A stretch of 64,000 nucleotides of DNA, taken from positions 39,036-103,035 of the forward strand of contig JBHIAH010000005.1 of NCBI GenBank assembly GCA_046758505.1, given 5' to 3'. This document shows, one piece after another, positions 21,258-31,856 of the stretch. This stretch comes from Candidatus Methylomirabilales bacterium. GTDB taxonomy: Bacteria; Methylomirabilota; Methylomirabilia; Methylomirabilales; CSP1-5. Position 1 is the first letter of the stretch. Every line of letters begins with the position of its first letter. Made by a program: the position numbers and the translations under genes. The notes under the pieces are model-generated. The model made no database searches. It had not been told where the DNA came from and saw nothing but the letters and a program-made list of their open reading frames with translations.

Positions 21258-22718
21258 CTAAAGGCCCAGGGAGAGAAACTTCACCTCCAAAAACTCCTCG
21301 ATCCCTTCCCGGCCTCCCTCGCGGCCCAGCCCGCTCTCTTTCACTCCGCCAAAGGGGGCTTGGGGGACCGAGGGACTTCCGTCGTTTACCCCAATGATCC
21401 CGTACTCGAGCTGCTCCGCCACCCGGAAGCAGCGACTCACATTCTGGCTGTAAAAATACGCCGCGAGCCCGTACCGCGTGTCGTTCGCCGCCCGAATCAC
21501 TTCCGCTTCATCCCGAAAGGAAATCAAGGGGGCGACAGGCCCGAAGGTTTCCTCTTCCAGGATCCGCATCCCCTTCCGAACATCGGTCAGGACGGTCGGC
21601 TCAAAGAAGCGGCCCTGGGCGAACGGCCCCTCCGTCCGGGGCTTGCCCCCCGTGAGGACCTTGGCCCCCTTGGCGATGGCGTCCTCGACGTGCGTGCAGA
21701 CCTTCTTGAACCCCTGTTCGTCGATCAGCGGGCCGACCTGTACGCCCTCGTCCAGCCCGTTTCCCAGCGTGAATCGCTTCACCTGCTCGACGAATTTGGC
21801 CGCGAAGGATTCCAGGATCGACTCGTGGACGTACATGCGATTGGCGCAGATGCAGGTCTGCCCCATGTTCCTGAACTTCGAGGCTACCGCCCCGGCCACG
21901 GCCTTGTCCACGTCGGCATCCTCGAAGACGATGAACGGCGCGTGTCCCCCGAGCTCGAGGGAGACGCGCTTTACATGCTCGGAGGCGCCGCGCATCAAGA
22001 GCTTGCCGACCTCGACCGAGCCGGTAAACGTAATCATGCGGACCAGGGGGTTTTCCAGAAGCTCCCGGCCCACCCCCCCCGGGTCCGAGGTGGTGATGCA
22101 ATTGACCACGCCCCCCGGCAAGCCGGCCTCCTCGAAGATCTTGCACAGGGCAATCGCGGTGAGGGGGGTCTGCTCAGCCGGTTTCAGCACCACTGTGCAC
22201 CCGGCCGCCAGGGCCGCCGCGATCTTTCGCGTCACCATGGCGGCGGGAAAATTCCAAGGGGTGATGGCCGCCACCACCCCGATAGGCTGCTTGATCACCA
22301 GAAGGCGCTTGGTCGCCACCGAGGCGGGAATCGTCTCGCCGTAGACCCGCTTTGCCTCCTCGGCAAACCACGCCACAAACCCGGCCGCATACGCGATCTC
22401 CCCCCGGGACTCGACCAGCGGCTTGCCCTGCTCCGAGGTCAGGGTTCGGGCCAACGCCTCCTTGCGCTCGAGCATCAGGTCTCTGACCTTGAAGAGGAGT
22501 TTGGCGCGCTGCGTGGCCGCGAGCGCCGACCAGTCCGGGAAGACCCGGTGCGCCGCTTCGACGGCCCGCGCCGCATCCTGGGGTCCCGCATCGGGGGCCG
22601 CGGCGAGCTCTTCGCCCGTCGCGGGGTTATGCACGGAAAACGTGCGTCCCGACGAGGCATCGACCCATTGCCCATCGATATACTGTCGAGGCCGCCCCTC
22701 AATCACCGTGGAAGACAT
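21258..22718 (-). CDS. gabD: NAD(P)-dependent succinate-semialdehyde dehydrogenase
   Basis: ITPWNFP, FTGS, LELGG.AP, KFRN.GQTCIC, EETFGP, GGVKESG.GREG. Confidence 0.93.
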   Translation of the reverse strand: MSSTVIEGRPRQYIDGQWVDASSGRTFSVHNPATGEELAAAPDAGPQDAARAVEAAHRVFPDWSALAATQRAKLLFKVRDLMLERKEALARTLTSEQGKPLVESRGEIAYAAGFVAWFAEEAKRVYGETIPASVATKRLLVIKQPIGVVAAITPWNFPAAMVTRKIAAALAAGCTVVLKPAEQTPLTAIALCKIFEEAGLPGGVVNCITTSDPGGVGRELLENPLVRMITFTGSVEVGKLLMRGASEHVKRVSLELGGHAPFIVFEDADVDKAVAGAVASKFRNMGQTCICANRMYVHESILESFAAKFVEQVKRFTLGNGLDEGVQVGPLIDEQGFKKVCTHVEDAIAKGAKVLTGGKPRTEGPFAQGRFFEPTVLTDVRKGMRILEEETFGPVAPLISFRDEAEVIRAANDTRYGLAAYFYSQNVSRCFRVAEQLEYGIIGVNDGSPSVPQAPFGGVKESGLGREGGREGIEEFLEVKFLSLGL

Positions 22719-22775
22719 ATCCCGTTCCGTTTCCTGGAAATGAATTTTTTAAAGGAAGGTCAATGCTTTATAAAA

Positions 22776-22805
22776 AGTATAGGGGGGCGAGTCCCGGCGT
22801 GTCAA
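22776..22805 (-). promoter_or_regulatory. Putative sigma70 promoter of gabD-nuoB
   Basis: TTGACA-18 bp-TATACT on the minus strand. Confidence 0.6.
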
Positions 22806-23212
22806 GGCCTTGTTGCGCTTAGGGAAGACAACAAGGGTACGGCCCACTGCTGTCCAACACAAGTTTCAGCCAGCGCCCTTTCTGGTCTAACTCATTGAAT
22901 TATAAGTGGCCCGCCGGCCGCTCAAATTTGAGGTTCCTCGGCTGGCCAGATACTGTCCAGGACGCCACCGCGACTGCCAGATGAGACAGCGGAGCCTCGC
23001 AGGGTGTAGCATCAAGGCTGTCCGAGCTTTTCTGAGCCTATAAGGGCCCGGCACGTGCCAAACAGACGCGGTAAATGCTGTCCAAGACCGCTTTGGCCAA
23101 AAAGCTATCTTGGACAAGAGTGGGTACGGCCCCCTTTTCCAGACTCACACAGCCGGGAGGTACCTCAACAACCACACGTACTTGGGGGGCTTCTCTCCGC
23201 CCCATTCTCCTC

Positions 23213-25327
23213 TCAATCCTCCAGATCAATTACATACACCTTGCCATCGGTAAAAAACGGATCGCCGAGAAAATTTTGCCCAAGTGCCGGCTTCACGAAT
23301 TGTTTCCTGCTGAATGTTCTTACAGCACCCGCTCGTTTTAGATCGCCAAACAAAAATTCCCGTTCCCCATCTATATCCGGCTCGATCCTATGCGCCACGA
23401 GCCACCTTATGCCCCGATCCATGCTCGCCGTACCGACATAAATTACCCTCCCATCGTCGGTCCTGAATTGCGTTCGCCAAAATCGCGCATGATGGCGTTC
23501 CGCCAACTTTTTTGCCTCTGTCTGTTTTTCAAAACCCAGGTCGTGAACACGCGCATCCCAGAAAGAAGGTGTAATCGGCGCCTCAGGATAATTTGATTCA
23601 AGCAGGGCAGCTCTCACCAGCTTCGCAAACGATGAAAGGTTCAGCGCATCTGCCACATGCCAACCGGCCTTCCGAAACGTATCTATAAGGTGCTGGTCGT
23701 CGCTCGTGATTAGGATCACACTTAGCGGTTCCTGATGCCTGCCTATGATCGTTTCCGTGTACTTCATCTGATCATTTTGAAATAGATCCATGACGTTCGA
23801 GACGACAGTTGCTGTTGGCCCCGCGTGGCCACCGACAAGGGCCGGCTGAAACTGCGCGCCAACGCCTGCGTAAATGCCGATGACTCCAATCATGATTACT
23901 ACCGAGACCGCCCTTGCGCCCGCCCTCGCTTGCACTGGGATAGAATTACTCTTTTTCGAACGCATCCACTCTGTAAGGGTAATGCCGAGAATCAGCCACA
24001 CAGCCCCCACCAGATAGCCACCCCAGACATCGCTCACATAATGGACGCCTAGATAGAGACGGCTGAAGCCGACGAGTATTATGGCAAGCGCCCCCGCGAA
24101 TAAGGTATTCACTTTCACGGCCCAGCCTTTGGCATTCCGGATAAGCAGGTACGCAAGAAACCCATAAAACGCCATTGCGATCGTCGCGTGCCCACTCGGA
24201 AAGGAAAACGACTGCTCCGTGTACGCGGCAAGAGGGGGCCGGGGACGCTGAAATACGATCTTTCCGAGCTGCGTGAACGCCTCGCTGCCAATACTCGCAA
24301 CCAGCAGCGGTGCGATGTAGATTTCTTGCCGCCACAACCACAGAAGCACGCACGCCGCCGTTGCGACACTCAGCACGATCTGCCACTTTCCAAGTAAGGT
24401 GACCCAAAGAAAAAAGGTCGTGAGTTCCCTACTCCGAAATGCAACCAAGAGATTTGCCACTCGCATATCAGCGGCAACGATGGGGTCCGACGTGAGCACA
24501 TCCTCGGCAACACCAGCAAGCAGAAGCAGCGCATAGACAAACGCGATGGAAAGCACCGTAAGGGGTAAGCCAGAAAACTTTGACTTGTCGAGACGATCCG
24601 CGACAAATCGAAAGAAAAAGGGATGCCGGTTCACAAGTGCTCGCACGTCGGGATTTCCAACAATTGCATCTTTGATCGATTGCCACATTGACCAGGCGAG
24701 GGTAAGCAGATATTTTCCCTTTCTTACGACGAACCGCTTCAGCAGGTACAAAACACCAAGGAAAATCAGAAGCCCGCCTATCACGAGGCCGACGCGCGAG
24801 AGCCACATTTCGGCAAGCTGCAGCGATTTTCCGAAGAGGAAGCCTGCGAACACATGTTCGAAACCCCAAAGGATAGCGCCGATCGCATTCGCGACAAAGA
24901 ACCTTTTCCTGCCCATCCCCGCCATGCCGGCCACGACCGGTATGTTTTCCCGAAGTCCAGGCACGAACCGCGCCAGAAAAACACCTTTCCCGCCCCGGGC
25001 TTCGAAAAAGCACCGTGCCCTCTCAAGGTGTTTCGGATTGAGAATTCTATGTTCTTCCCTAAAGATGTGCTTGAAGCGCTTACCAACGTCATAGCCGACA
25101 TTATCTCCCATCACGGCTCCAACGATCGCAAACCACAACAAGTCTCCGACGTCGAGATAACCGCGCGCAGCGATCGCACCAAGGAAGAGTACCGTGACAG
25201 AGCCGGGGACAAGCATACCGGCCACCGGAGCGCTCTCAAGAAGCGCAGCAAAAAAGGCTATCCAGTAGCCTACTATTCTGAAATGCTCAATGGAGGGCAA
25301 GAGCAGTGTGAGGAGCTGATCGAACAT
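23213..25327 (-). CDS. DedA/VTT + PAP2 phosphatase + LssY-C-terminal fusion membrane protein
   Basis: DedA 'GDNVGY..G','ARFVPGLR'; PAP2 'K....RPRP','SFPSGH','SRLYLGVHY.SDV'; LssY-like 'RHHARFW','H.I.PDID.ER'. Confidence 0.88.
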   Translation of the reverse strand: MFDQLLTLLLPSIEHFRIVGYWIAFFAALLESAPVAGMLVPGSVTVLFLGAIAARGYLDVGDLLWFAIVGAVMGDNVGYDVGKRFKHIFREEHRILNPKHLERARCFFEARGGKGVFLARFVPGLRENIPVVAGMAGMGRKRFFVANAIGAILWGFEHVFAGFLFGKSLQLAEMWLSRVGLVIGGLLIFLGVLYLLKRFVVRKGKYLLTLAWSMWQSIKDAIVGNPDVRALVNRHPFFFRFVADRLDKSKFSGLPLTVLSIAFVYALLLLAGVAEDVLTSDPIVAADMRVANLLVAFRSRELTTFFLWVTLLGKWQIVLSVATAACVLLWLWRQEIYIAPLLVASIGSEAFTQLGKIVFQRPRPPLAAYTEQSFSFPSGHATIAMAFYGFLAYLLIRNAKGWAVKVNTLFAGALAIILVGFSRLYLGVHYVSDVWGGYLVGAVWLILGITLTEWMRSKKSNSIPVQARAGARAVSVVIMIGVIGIYAGVGAQFQPALVGGHAGPTATVVSNVMDLFQNDQMKYTETIIGRHQEPLSVILITSDDQHLIDTFRKAGWHVADALNLSSFAKLVRAALLESNYPEAPITPSFWDARVHDLGFEKQTEAKKLAERHHARFWRTQFRTDDGRVIYVGTASMDRGIRWLVAHRIEPDIDGEREFLFGDLKRAGAVRTFSRKQFVKPALGQNFLGDPFFTDGKVYVIDLED

Positions 25328-25858
25328 GTTGTTACCCGATCACGTCGCCCCGGAAGGCTCCTTATGGAAACAGGCCGGATGGGTGGCACCAGCCTCTCGA
25401 TCCTCCCCGAGGCACGAAGGCCAAGGTGTACCCGTCTGTCAGTGCGTGGCGTCGGACCTTTCATGCTTGGGCCGAAGGGTTGGCAATTTCGTATTTGACA
25501 CCTCCCCCGTGTCTACTCAACATCCAGGTACTCAAGCGCGCGACCCTTCGCCCTGCCTCTCGATCAGCCGGCATCTCCTGCGAGGCCTCATTATCAGGGG
25601 CGGGGGGGACGGAGTCGCCAGGCCCGTGAGCTGGGGTGATGCCGCCTCGGACAGTACCGAAACCGGTGCGAGCTCGAACGTGCGCTCTCGCGGTGGTTGT
25701 GGCAGTCTAACCGCTCCGTGCGCATAAGGGACGCCGGCCGGCGGACTCCCTTGGAAGCCCTGCACACATTACGGACCTCGGTGGCCCCCCAACCCAATTT
25801 CTCGGTGTGTCACCGGAGCGTGATAGCGTGACACGGTCGCACGGCAAACTGCGGGGGG

Positions 25859-26134
25859 CTAATCCGCCAGGATGAGACGGCCTCCCACCAAGGCGAGGAC
25901 GAGGCCGAGGACCCAGAGCCAGGGGAAGCTCCCGACGTAGTACCAGGCAACAAAGGGATAGGCCGGCGCCGAGAGGGGGACCAGGGAGACGGCGAAGAGG
26001 GCCCCCATGATCCCGAAGATCTCGAGATACCCCGAGACCATGAACCCGAAGACGACCGTCATGAGGACGACCCAGCTCGTCCCCAGGCAGAACCCCCAGA
26101 ATCGCGGTCCCCGCTTTCGAAACGACTCGGCCAT
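25859..26134 (-). CDS. Small hypothetical membrane protein
   Basis: 91 aa, almost entirely hydrophobic, ATG start. Confidence 0.6.
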   Translation of the reverse strand: MAESFRKRGPRFWGFCLGTSWVVLMTVVFGFMVSGYLEIFGIMGALFAVSLVPLSAPAYPFVAWYYVGSFPWLWVLGLVLALVGGRLILAD

Positions 26135-26212
26135 GGCAGATCAACCCTCGATTCGGTAGCCCAGCATCGATCACGAGACCAGCACGGAGCATATAGCGAG
26201 ACAGTCACCGCG

Positions 26213-26455
26213 TCAACGTACTGATCTTCCGGCTTTGGGGTCCGGCTGCCGTCCCCTCAGCCACATCTCCAACGCCTCTTCAAGACAGGCATCGAGGTCT
26301 CGCCCCTCAGCGGCGAGCAGGCGACTTACCTTTTTGACCAGGGGGGCACTGAGGAAGACCGTGACCCGCTTCCGGGCACCCGACCGCCGATGTCGCCGCC
26401 CCCGCCTCACCTCACGCTTGGCCCGCGGCGTCGGTCTTCTTATTACTTTTACCAT
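26213..26455 (-). CDS. Small basic protein, possible ribbon-helix-helix DNA binder
   Basis: ATG after GGAGGAGG; KRVTVFLSAPLVKKV..LAAEGRDLDACLEEALEMWL resembles the RHH pattern. Confidence 0.55.
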   Translation of the reverse strand: MVKVIRRPTPRAKREVRRGRRHRRSGARKRVTVFLSAPLVKKVSRLLAAEGRDLDACLEEALEMWLRGRQPDPKAGRSVR

Positions 26456-26549
26456 GTCCTTCGCACTCCCCCTCCTCCACCACGAGACAAGACCAACCGA
26501 TGTCGCCAATTGCGAACCGGCGAGGGGAGCAACCTGAGGAAGGCGGAAC

Positions 26550-26609
26550 CTGGTTTGCGTCCGGCCGGGGTCCCGCCGCCGGAGCGCAGTGCAGGCGGGG
26601 GTGGCCGCC
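26550..26609. repeat. Second copy of REP/MITE-like core
   Basis: ggccggggtcccgccgccggagcgcag...aggcgggggtggcc shared with 13448-13508. Confidence 0.75.
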
Positions 26610-26738
26610 CTGATGCTGCATGACCCGCCTGGCGCGTAATGGATGACTTCCGCTACGGCACCCCATGGAATTTTCCGCCGACGAAGGATGTCTCCCGAGC
26701 CGGTGAGCCGAGAGGCGACAGGACCCGTTGGCCCGGCA

Positions 26739-27617
26739 CTATGGGACCGTGGGGCGACCCGCGTCAATCCAGGCGCTGTACCAGAGGCTTCCGAGGTCCG
26801 TCGCCGCCTGCGCCATGCTGAGCTTCGCCAGCTTGCCGGCAAAGACGTGCAGGGCCGCGTAGTAGGCGTCCTCAAAGCCCCGCACCCCCCGGCGCGCCAG
26901 CGTATCGGCGCGCAGGACGTTATCCACCCAGACATAGCTGTCAATGAGAAAGTCGAAGGTGAAGGCGATTGGATCGCCGGCCCGCTGGGCCGGCTGGGTG
27001 AACGCGGCCAGATCGTGGTATTGCGCCAGGTGCCGGCGGATCATCTCGTCCTCAAAGCGCTTGTGAATCCCCCGGTTGCCGGTCAACTGGCCGTCATAGT
27101 TTGTCGTGGTGTGCAGCGGCTGGTGCCCGTCGGCCACATAGTGGCCGAGGCGGGCCGCCACGAGCGGCACGCGGCTCCAGTCCGGGGTCCGCATGGCCCG
27201 CACCAGTTCCCGATACAGCTCGGCAATCCGCCACGGCAACAGCCCGGCCTCCTCCAGCCGCTCCCGACCGTATTTGGCTAGGGCCTGCTTGTAGTTCCGG
27301 GGAATCTCGCGGAAGGGAAAGCGGTCGAGCTCGTCCAGGTCGAACCAGTGCCGGATCCGCTCCGCTTCCCCCTCCCGAGCGGTCAGGACCGTATCGGGAT
27401 CCCTGCCGTGCTCGCCGATGTAGGCCTGGTGTTTCATGAAAAAGCGCCGGAGCGGCCCCGGCAGCGTCGTGCAGGCTGAGCGGTTGATGAGGACGTGCGC
27501 CTCAAGGCCCCACCCGTGCGCCGGCACCGGCCACGAGAGCCCGAGGACCCCCATCAGCGCGAGCGCGCACCCCACCCGGCCCCCTCGCGCCCCACCCCGA
27601 TGTCCGGTGAGCATCAT
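26739..27617 (-). CDS. Secreted S1/P1 nuclease / Zn-phospholipase C fold protein
   Basis: Signal peptide then mature W-G-x-x-x-H; HYVADGHQPLH; IHKRFE. Confidence 0.85.
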   Translation of the reverse strand: MMLTGHRGGARGGRVGCALALMGVLGLSWPVPAHGWGLEAHVLINRSACTTLPGPLRRFFMKHQAYIGEHGRDPDTVLTAREGEAERIRHWFDLDELDRFPFREIPRNYKQALAKYGRERLEEAGLLPWRIAELYRELVRAMRTPDWSRVPLVAARLGHYVADGHQPLHTTTNYDGQLTGNRGIHKRFEDEMIRRHLAQYHDLAAFTQPAQRAGDPIAFTFDFLIDSYVWVDNVLRADTLARRGVRGFEDAYYAALHVFAGKLAKLSMAQAATDLGSLWYSAWIDAGRPTVP

Positions 27618-27772
27618 AGCGAGACTGTGCCATAGCGACCGGAACATTCCAACAGAAAACGCACCTGAATCTCTGCCGGGTGGAAGTCCAACTCGTCGTG
27701 GCACGGGGATTGCTCATTCCTGGTTCTACCAGCGCCATGATCGAGAAAAATCGGGGGAAAGGGGGCAAAGTT

Positions 27773-28300
27773 ATGATGCGCATACGGGACCTCGCTTCGA
27801 TCATCGTGGGCGGGGTGGGCCTGTTCGTCGTCGGGTGTTCGCAGCCGTCAACGCAGGTTACCGAGCTGACGCGCTTCCCCCTCGACGACCTGAAGGGGAT
27901 CATCACCCGGTCGAACGTGGCATTCGATCGCCAGATCTCAAGCGATGGCAACGGTTCCCTCCGGATCAGTGTCACCCAGCCCACCGTCGTCCGCTTATTC
28001 GAAGTCGGCGATTTGGATATCGAAAATGCCCGGCTCATCTACCGGGCAAGGGTTCGCACCGAGGGCGTCGAGGGCCAGGTGTACCTCGAGATGTGGTGTC
28101 AATTCCCCGGGAAAGGGGAGTTCTTCTCGCGCGGCCTGCAGACGCCTCTCACCGGAACCACGGACTGGACCACTGAGGAGACGCCCTTCTTTCTAAAGAA
28201 AGGGGAGAATCCGGACATCATCAAGCTGAATCTGGTTATCGACGGATCCGGCACGGCATGGATTGATGACATTCGACTGCTGAAAGGACCACTGCCTTAG
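27773..28300 (+). CDS. Hypothetical lipoprotein (beta-sandwich, CBM-like)
   Basis: Lipobox VVGC; 'GTTDW', 'G.GTAWIDDIRL'. Confidence 0.75.
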   Translation: MMRIRDLASIIVGGVGLFVVGCSQPSTQVTELTRFPLDDLKGIITRSNVAFDRQISSDGNGSLRISVTQPTVVRLFEVGDLDIENARLIYRARVRTEGVEGQVYLEMWCQFPGKGEFFSRGLQTPLTGTTDWTTEETPFFLKKGENPDIIKLNLVIDGSGTAWIDDIRLLKGPLP

Positions 28301-28372
28301 CACGTGGGACCGTGATCGGTGTGTCCGTCCGGACGGAACCAGTGGCGCATCCGGTCCACTTCCCGTAACTCC

Positions 28373-28401
28373 TTGACAGAACGACCCTTTTTGATTATTA
28401 T
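28373..28401 (+). promoter_or_regulatory. Putative sigma70 promoter of acnA
   Basis: TTGACA-17 bp-TATTAT. Confidence 0.6.
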
Positions 28402-28639
28402 ACGTATGGAGTATGGGAGGGTTTCGGCACGGCTGCTCCCCACCGATCATCGTGAGAGCATTGATCGCCTCCGGATGCCCGGCGGGCCCTCGCCCCCGGG
28501 TATTTGTCATTTTATGACTGTAAAGGAGTCGCCATTCTCTGCTTGGCTGTGTCGCCCCCGTCCTTATAACACGACAATCCTGATGTGATCAGCGGCGCAC
28601 GATCCGGAACAGTCCACTTGCCAAGAGGGGAGACAGACG

Positions 28640-31354
28640 ATGACCAAGAGGATTACGGACCCGCTGGGCGCCCGCGCCTCACTCGACACGGAAAGTGGGA
28701 GCGCCATCATTTATCATCTCGATCGCCTGGAGAAGGCGGGTCTGGGCTCGATCTCGCGGCTGCCGTTCTCGATTAAGGTACTGCTGGAAGCAGTGCTCCG
28801 GCACTGCGATGGAACAATGGTCCGTGACGAGGATGTCGCCGCCCTGGCCGGCTGGCAGGCGGGGAACCCGACCCACCGTGAGGTGCCGTTCAAACCCGCC
28901 CGCGTGATTCTCCAGGACTTCACCGGAGTGCCATCGGTGGTGGACCTCGCCGCCATGCGCTCGGCGATGAAGCGGCTGGGTGGCGACCCCGCCCGGATCA
29001 ACCCCGCGGTTCCCGTGGACCTGGTGATCGACCACTCCGTCCAGGTGGATGTCTTCGGGTCGCCGATCGCCCTGGAGCGAAACGCCGAGATCGAGTTCGC
29101 GCGGAACCGTGAACGATACGAGTTTCTCCGCTGGGGACAGCACGCCTTTGACAACTTCCGGGTCGTTCCGCCTGCCACCGGGATCGTGCACCAGGTCAAC
29201 CTGGAATTTCTGGCCAAGGTCGTGCTCGCCCGCACGGAGGGGGATGACGTCCTGCTCTTCCCCGACACGCTCGTCGGTACCGATTCCCACACCACCATGA
29301 TCAACGGGCTCGGGGTGCTCGGCTGGGGTGTCGGGGGCATCGAGGCCGAGGCGGTCATGCTGGGGCAACCCCTCTACTTCGTCACCCCGAAGGTGGTCGG
29401 CTTCAAGCTGCACGGCCGGTTGCCAGAAGGGGTCACCGCCACGGACCTGGTCCTCACCGTCACCCAGATGCTCAGGAAGAAGGGGGTCGTGGACAAGTTC
29501 GTCGAGTTTTATGGAAGCGGCCTGTCCCAGATGGCCCTTCCCGACCGGGCGACCGTCGCCAACATGGCGCCCGAGTACGGGGCCACCGTGGGGTTCTTCC
29601 CGGTTGATGACGAGACGCTCCGATACCTCAGGCGGACCGGACGCACCGATGAAGAGATCCGCAGGGTCGAACGCTACTGCAAGGAACAGGGGCTATTCCG
29701 CACAGACCGCACGCCGGACCCGGAGTTCACCGAGACGCTCGAGTTGGACCTCGGCACGGTCGAGCCAAGTCTCGCCGGACCCAAGCGCCCGCAGGACCGC
29801 GTCCCCCTCACCGCGATGAAAGAGCGCTTCCGCGCATCCCTCACGGCGCCGGTCAAGGAGCGCGGGTTTGGGCTCTCGGCAGGCGAACTCTCTCGCGCAG
29901 CGGCCGTCCGCTTCAACGGGACCAAGGCAAGCTTGGGGCATGGATCAGTCGTGATCGCCGCCATCACCTCATGCACGAATACCTCGAACCCCTCAGTGAT
30001 GCTGGGTGCAGGGTTGCTAGCCAGGCGGGCGGTCGAGCGGGGCCTCAAGGTTCCCCCGTATGTGAAGACCAGCCTGGCCCCAGGCTCCAAGGTAGTGACG
30101 GAGTACTTGCAAGCAGCCGGGCTCACTCCGTATCTGGCTGAGCTTGGCTTCCACCTGGTGGGCTACGGCTGCACCACCTGCATCGGCAATAGCGGTCCCC
30201 TCCCCCCCACGGTCGCCAAGGCGATAAGCGAGAACCAATTGGTCGCCGCGGCAGTCCTGTCCGGAAACCGGAACTTCGAAGGGCGCATCCATCCGCTGGC
30301 GAAGGCCAACTACCTGGCCTCGCCGCCGCTGGTGGTGGCGTACGCCCTGGTCGGCACGGTCGACATTGACCTCACCCGCGAGCCCCTCGGCACGGATCGC
30401 CAGGGAGAGCCGATCTATCTCCGCGACATCTGGCCCACGCAGGAAGAGATCGCCGAAACCATGGGCCAAGCCATTCAACCGGAGATGTTCCAGCGGATTT
30501 ACGGCAACGTCTGGGAGGGGAATCCGACCTGGAACGCCATCCCCGTGGGTGTGGGCGAACTCTACGCGTGGAACGCGCAGTCCACCTACATTCAGGAACC
30601 GTCGTTCTTTACTGATCTCAAGCCCGAGCCGTCACCGATCGGGAATATCCGTGGCGCGCGGGTGCTCGCCCTGCTGGGCGACTCGGTCACGACCGATCAC
30701 ATCTCGCCTGCCGGTGACATCCCGGTCGACGGCCCGGCCGGGCGTTACCTGATCGAGCGCGGCCTCGAAAAGAAGGATTTCAACTCCTTCGGCTCCCGCC
30801 GGGGCAACGATCGGGTGATGGTCCGCGGCACGTTCGCCAACATCCGGCTCAAGAACCGGCTCGTCCCCGGAACCGAAGGCGGTGTCACCGTCCACTTTCC
30901 CGACGGTCAGCGCATGTCGATCTATGACGCGGCCATGCGGTACCAGGCAGAGGGCGTGCCGCTCGTGGTCGTTGCGGGGAAAGAGTATGGCAGCGGCTCG
31001 TCGCGCGACTGGGCGGCCAAGGGGACGCTGCTGCTCGGGGTGAAGGCGGTGCTCGCAGAGAGCTACGAGCGTATCCACCGGAGCAACCTGGTCGGCATGG
31101 GGGTGCTGCCGCTTCAATTCACACAGGGCGAGAATGCCGCCACACTCGGCCTCACCGGGCAAGAGGTCTTCGACATCACGGGCCTCAGCGACGATATCCA
31201 GCCGGAGCAGGGGGTGATCGTCACTGCGGTGCGGCCGGACGGAACGAAGCTGAACTTCACCGCCGTGGCCCGGCTCGATTCACCCGTCGACGTCGACTAC
31301 TACCGGAACGGCGGCATCCTTCAGACCGTCCTGCGCAACTTCCTGCACCACTAG
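28640..31354 (+). CDS. acnA: Aconitate hydratase A
   Basis: [45 protein letters not shown]. Confidence 0.97.
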   Translation: MTKRITDPLGARASLDTESGSAIIYHLDRLEKAGLGSISRLPFSIKVLLEAVLRHCDGTMVRDEDVAALAGWQAGNPTHREVPFKPARVILQDFTGVPSVVDLAAMRSAMKRLGGDPARINPAVPVDLVIDHSVQVDVFGSPIALERNAEIEFARNRERYEFLRWGQHAFDNFRVVPPATGIVHQVNLEFLAKVVLARTEGDDVLLFPDTLVGTDSHTTMINGLGVLGWGVGGIEAEAVMLGQPLYFVTPKVVGFKLHGRLPEGVTATDLVLTVTQMLRKKGVVDKFVEFYGSGLSQMALPDRATVANMAPEYGATVGFFPVDDETLRYLRRTGRTDEEIRRVERYCKEQGLFRTDRTPDPEFTETLELDLGTVEPSLAGPKRPQDRVPLTAMKERFRASLTAPVKERGFGLSAGELSRAAAVRFNGTKASLGHGSVVIAAITSCTNTSNPSVMLGAGLLARRAVERGLKVPPYVKTSLAPGSKVVTEYLQAAGLTPYLAELGFHLVGYGCTTCIGNSGPLPPTVAKAISENQLVAAAVLSGNRNFEGRIHPLAKANYLASPPLVVAYALVGTVDIDLTREPLGTDRQGEPIYLRDIWPTQEEIAETMGQAIQPEMFQRIYGNVWEGNPTWNAIPVGVGELYAWNAQSTYIQEPSFFTDLKPEPSPIGNIRGARVLALLGDSVTTDHISPAGDIPVDGPAGRYLIERGLEKKDFNSFGSRRGNDRVMVRGTFANIRLKNRLVPGTEGGVTVHFPDGQRMSIYDAAMRYQAEGVPLVVVAGKEYGSGSSRDWAAKGTLLLGVKAVLAESYERIHRSNLVGMGVLPLQFTQGENAATLGLTGQEVFDITGLSDDIQPEQGVIVTAVRPDGTKLNFTAVARLDSPVDVDYYRNGGILQTVLRNFLHH

Positions 31355-31525
31355 AGAAAAAGGGGGCAGGCTGGTTTTCGGATTGTAGGCAGATATCGCG
31401 TACGGCTGCGGTCACGGGCCATCCCATTTCGGTTCAAAAATTGCACACTGCACGAGAATGATCGGACAGTCTACCCCCAGACTGGTGGATAGCCGTTTTT
31501 CTACCAGCGCAAATGGGAACATGTC

Positions 31526-31687
31526 ATGGAGAAACTGTCTGCCGCTGTCGCCGCCATGGTGGGGGGCTGGATCGGGTGGTGGCTCGGGGCGCACGTCGAC
31601 CTGCTGACGGCCTTCGTCCTGAGCATGGTCGGTACCGGGGCCGGCCTGTATGCGTGGCGGCGCATCGTGCAGCACTATCTGGGTTGA
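31526..31687 (+). CDS. Small membrane protein, 53 aa (absent from ORF track)
   Basis: MEKLSAAVAAMVGGWIGWWLGAHVDLLTAFVLSMVGTGAGLYAWRRIVQHYLG*, glycine-zipper-like. Confidence 0.65.
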   Translation: MEKLSAAVAAMVGGWIGWWLGAHVDLLTAFVLSMVGTGAGLYAWRRIVQHYLG

Positions 31688-31856
31688 ATCCGCCTGCACC
31701 TCATGTTAGCTGCCCTTACACGCCGTCACACGATTCCCGGGACGCGGACAAATCGGGACGGATGTATTTTTATCCAGAGTCCTTGGGACAATTTTTCGCT
31801 GACCTCTTTTCGTCCCTTTCTGTTAGAAGCGGCACCGAGGTGACCCGCCCCGAGGT

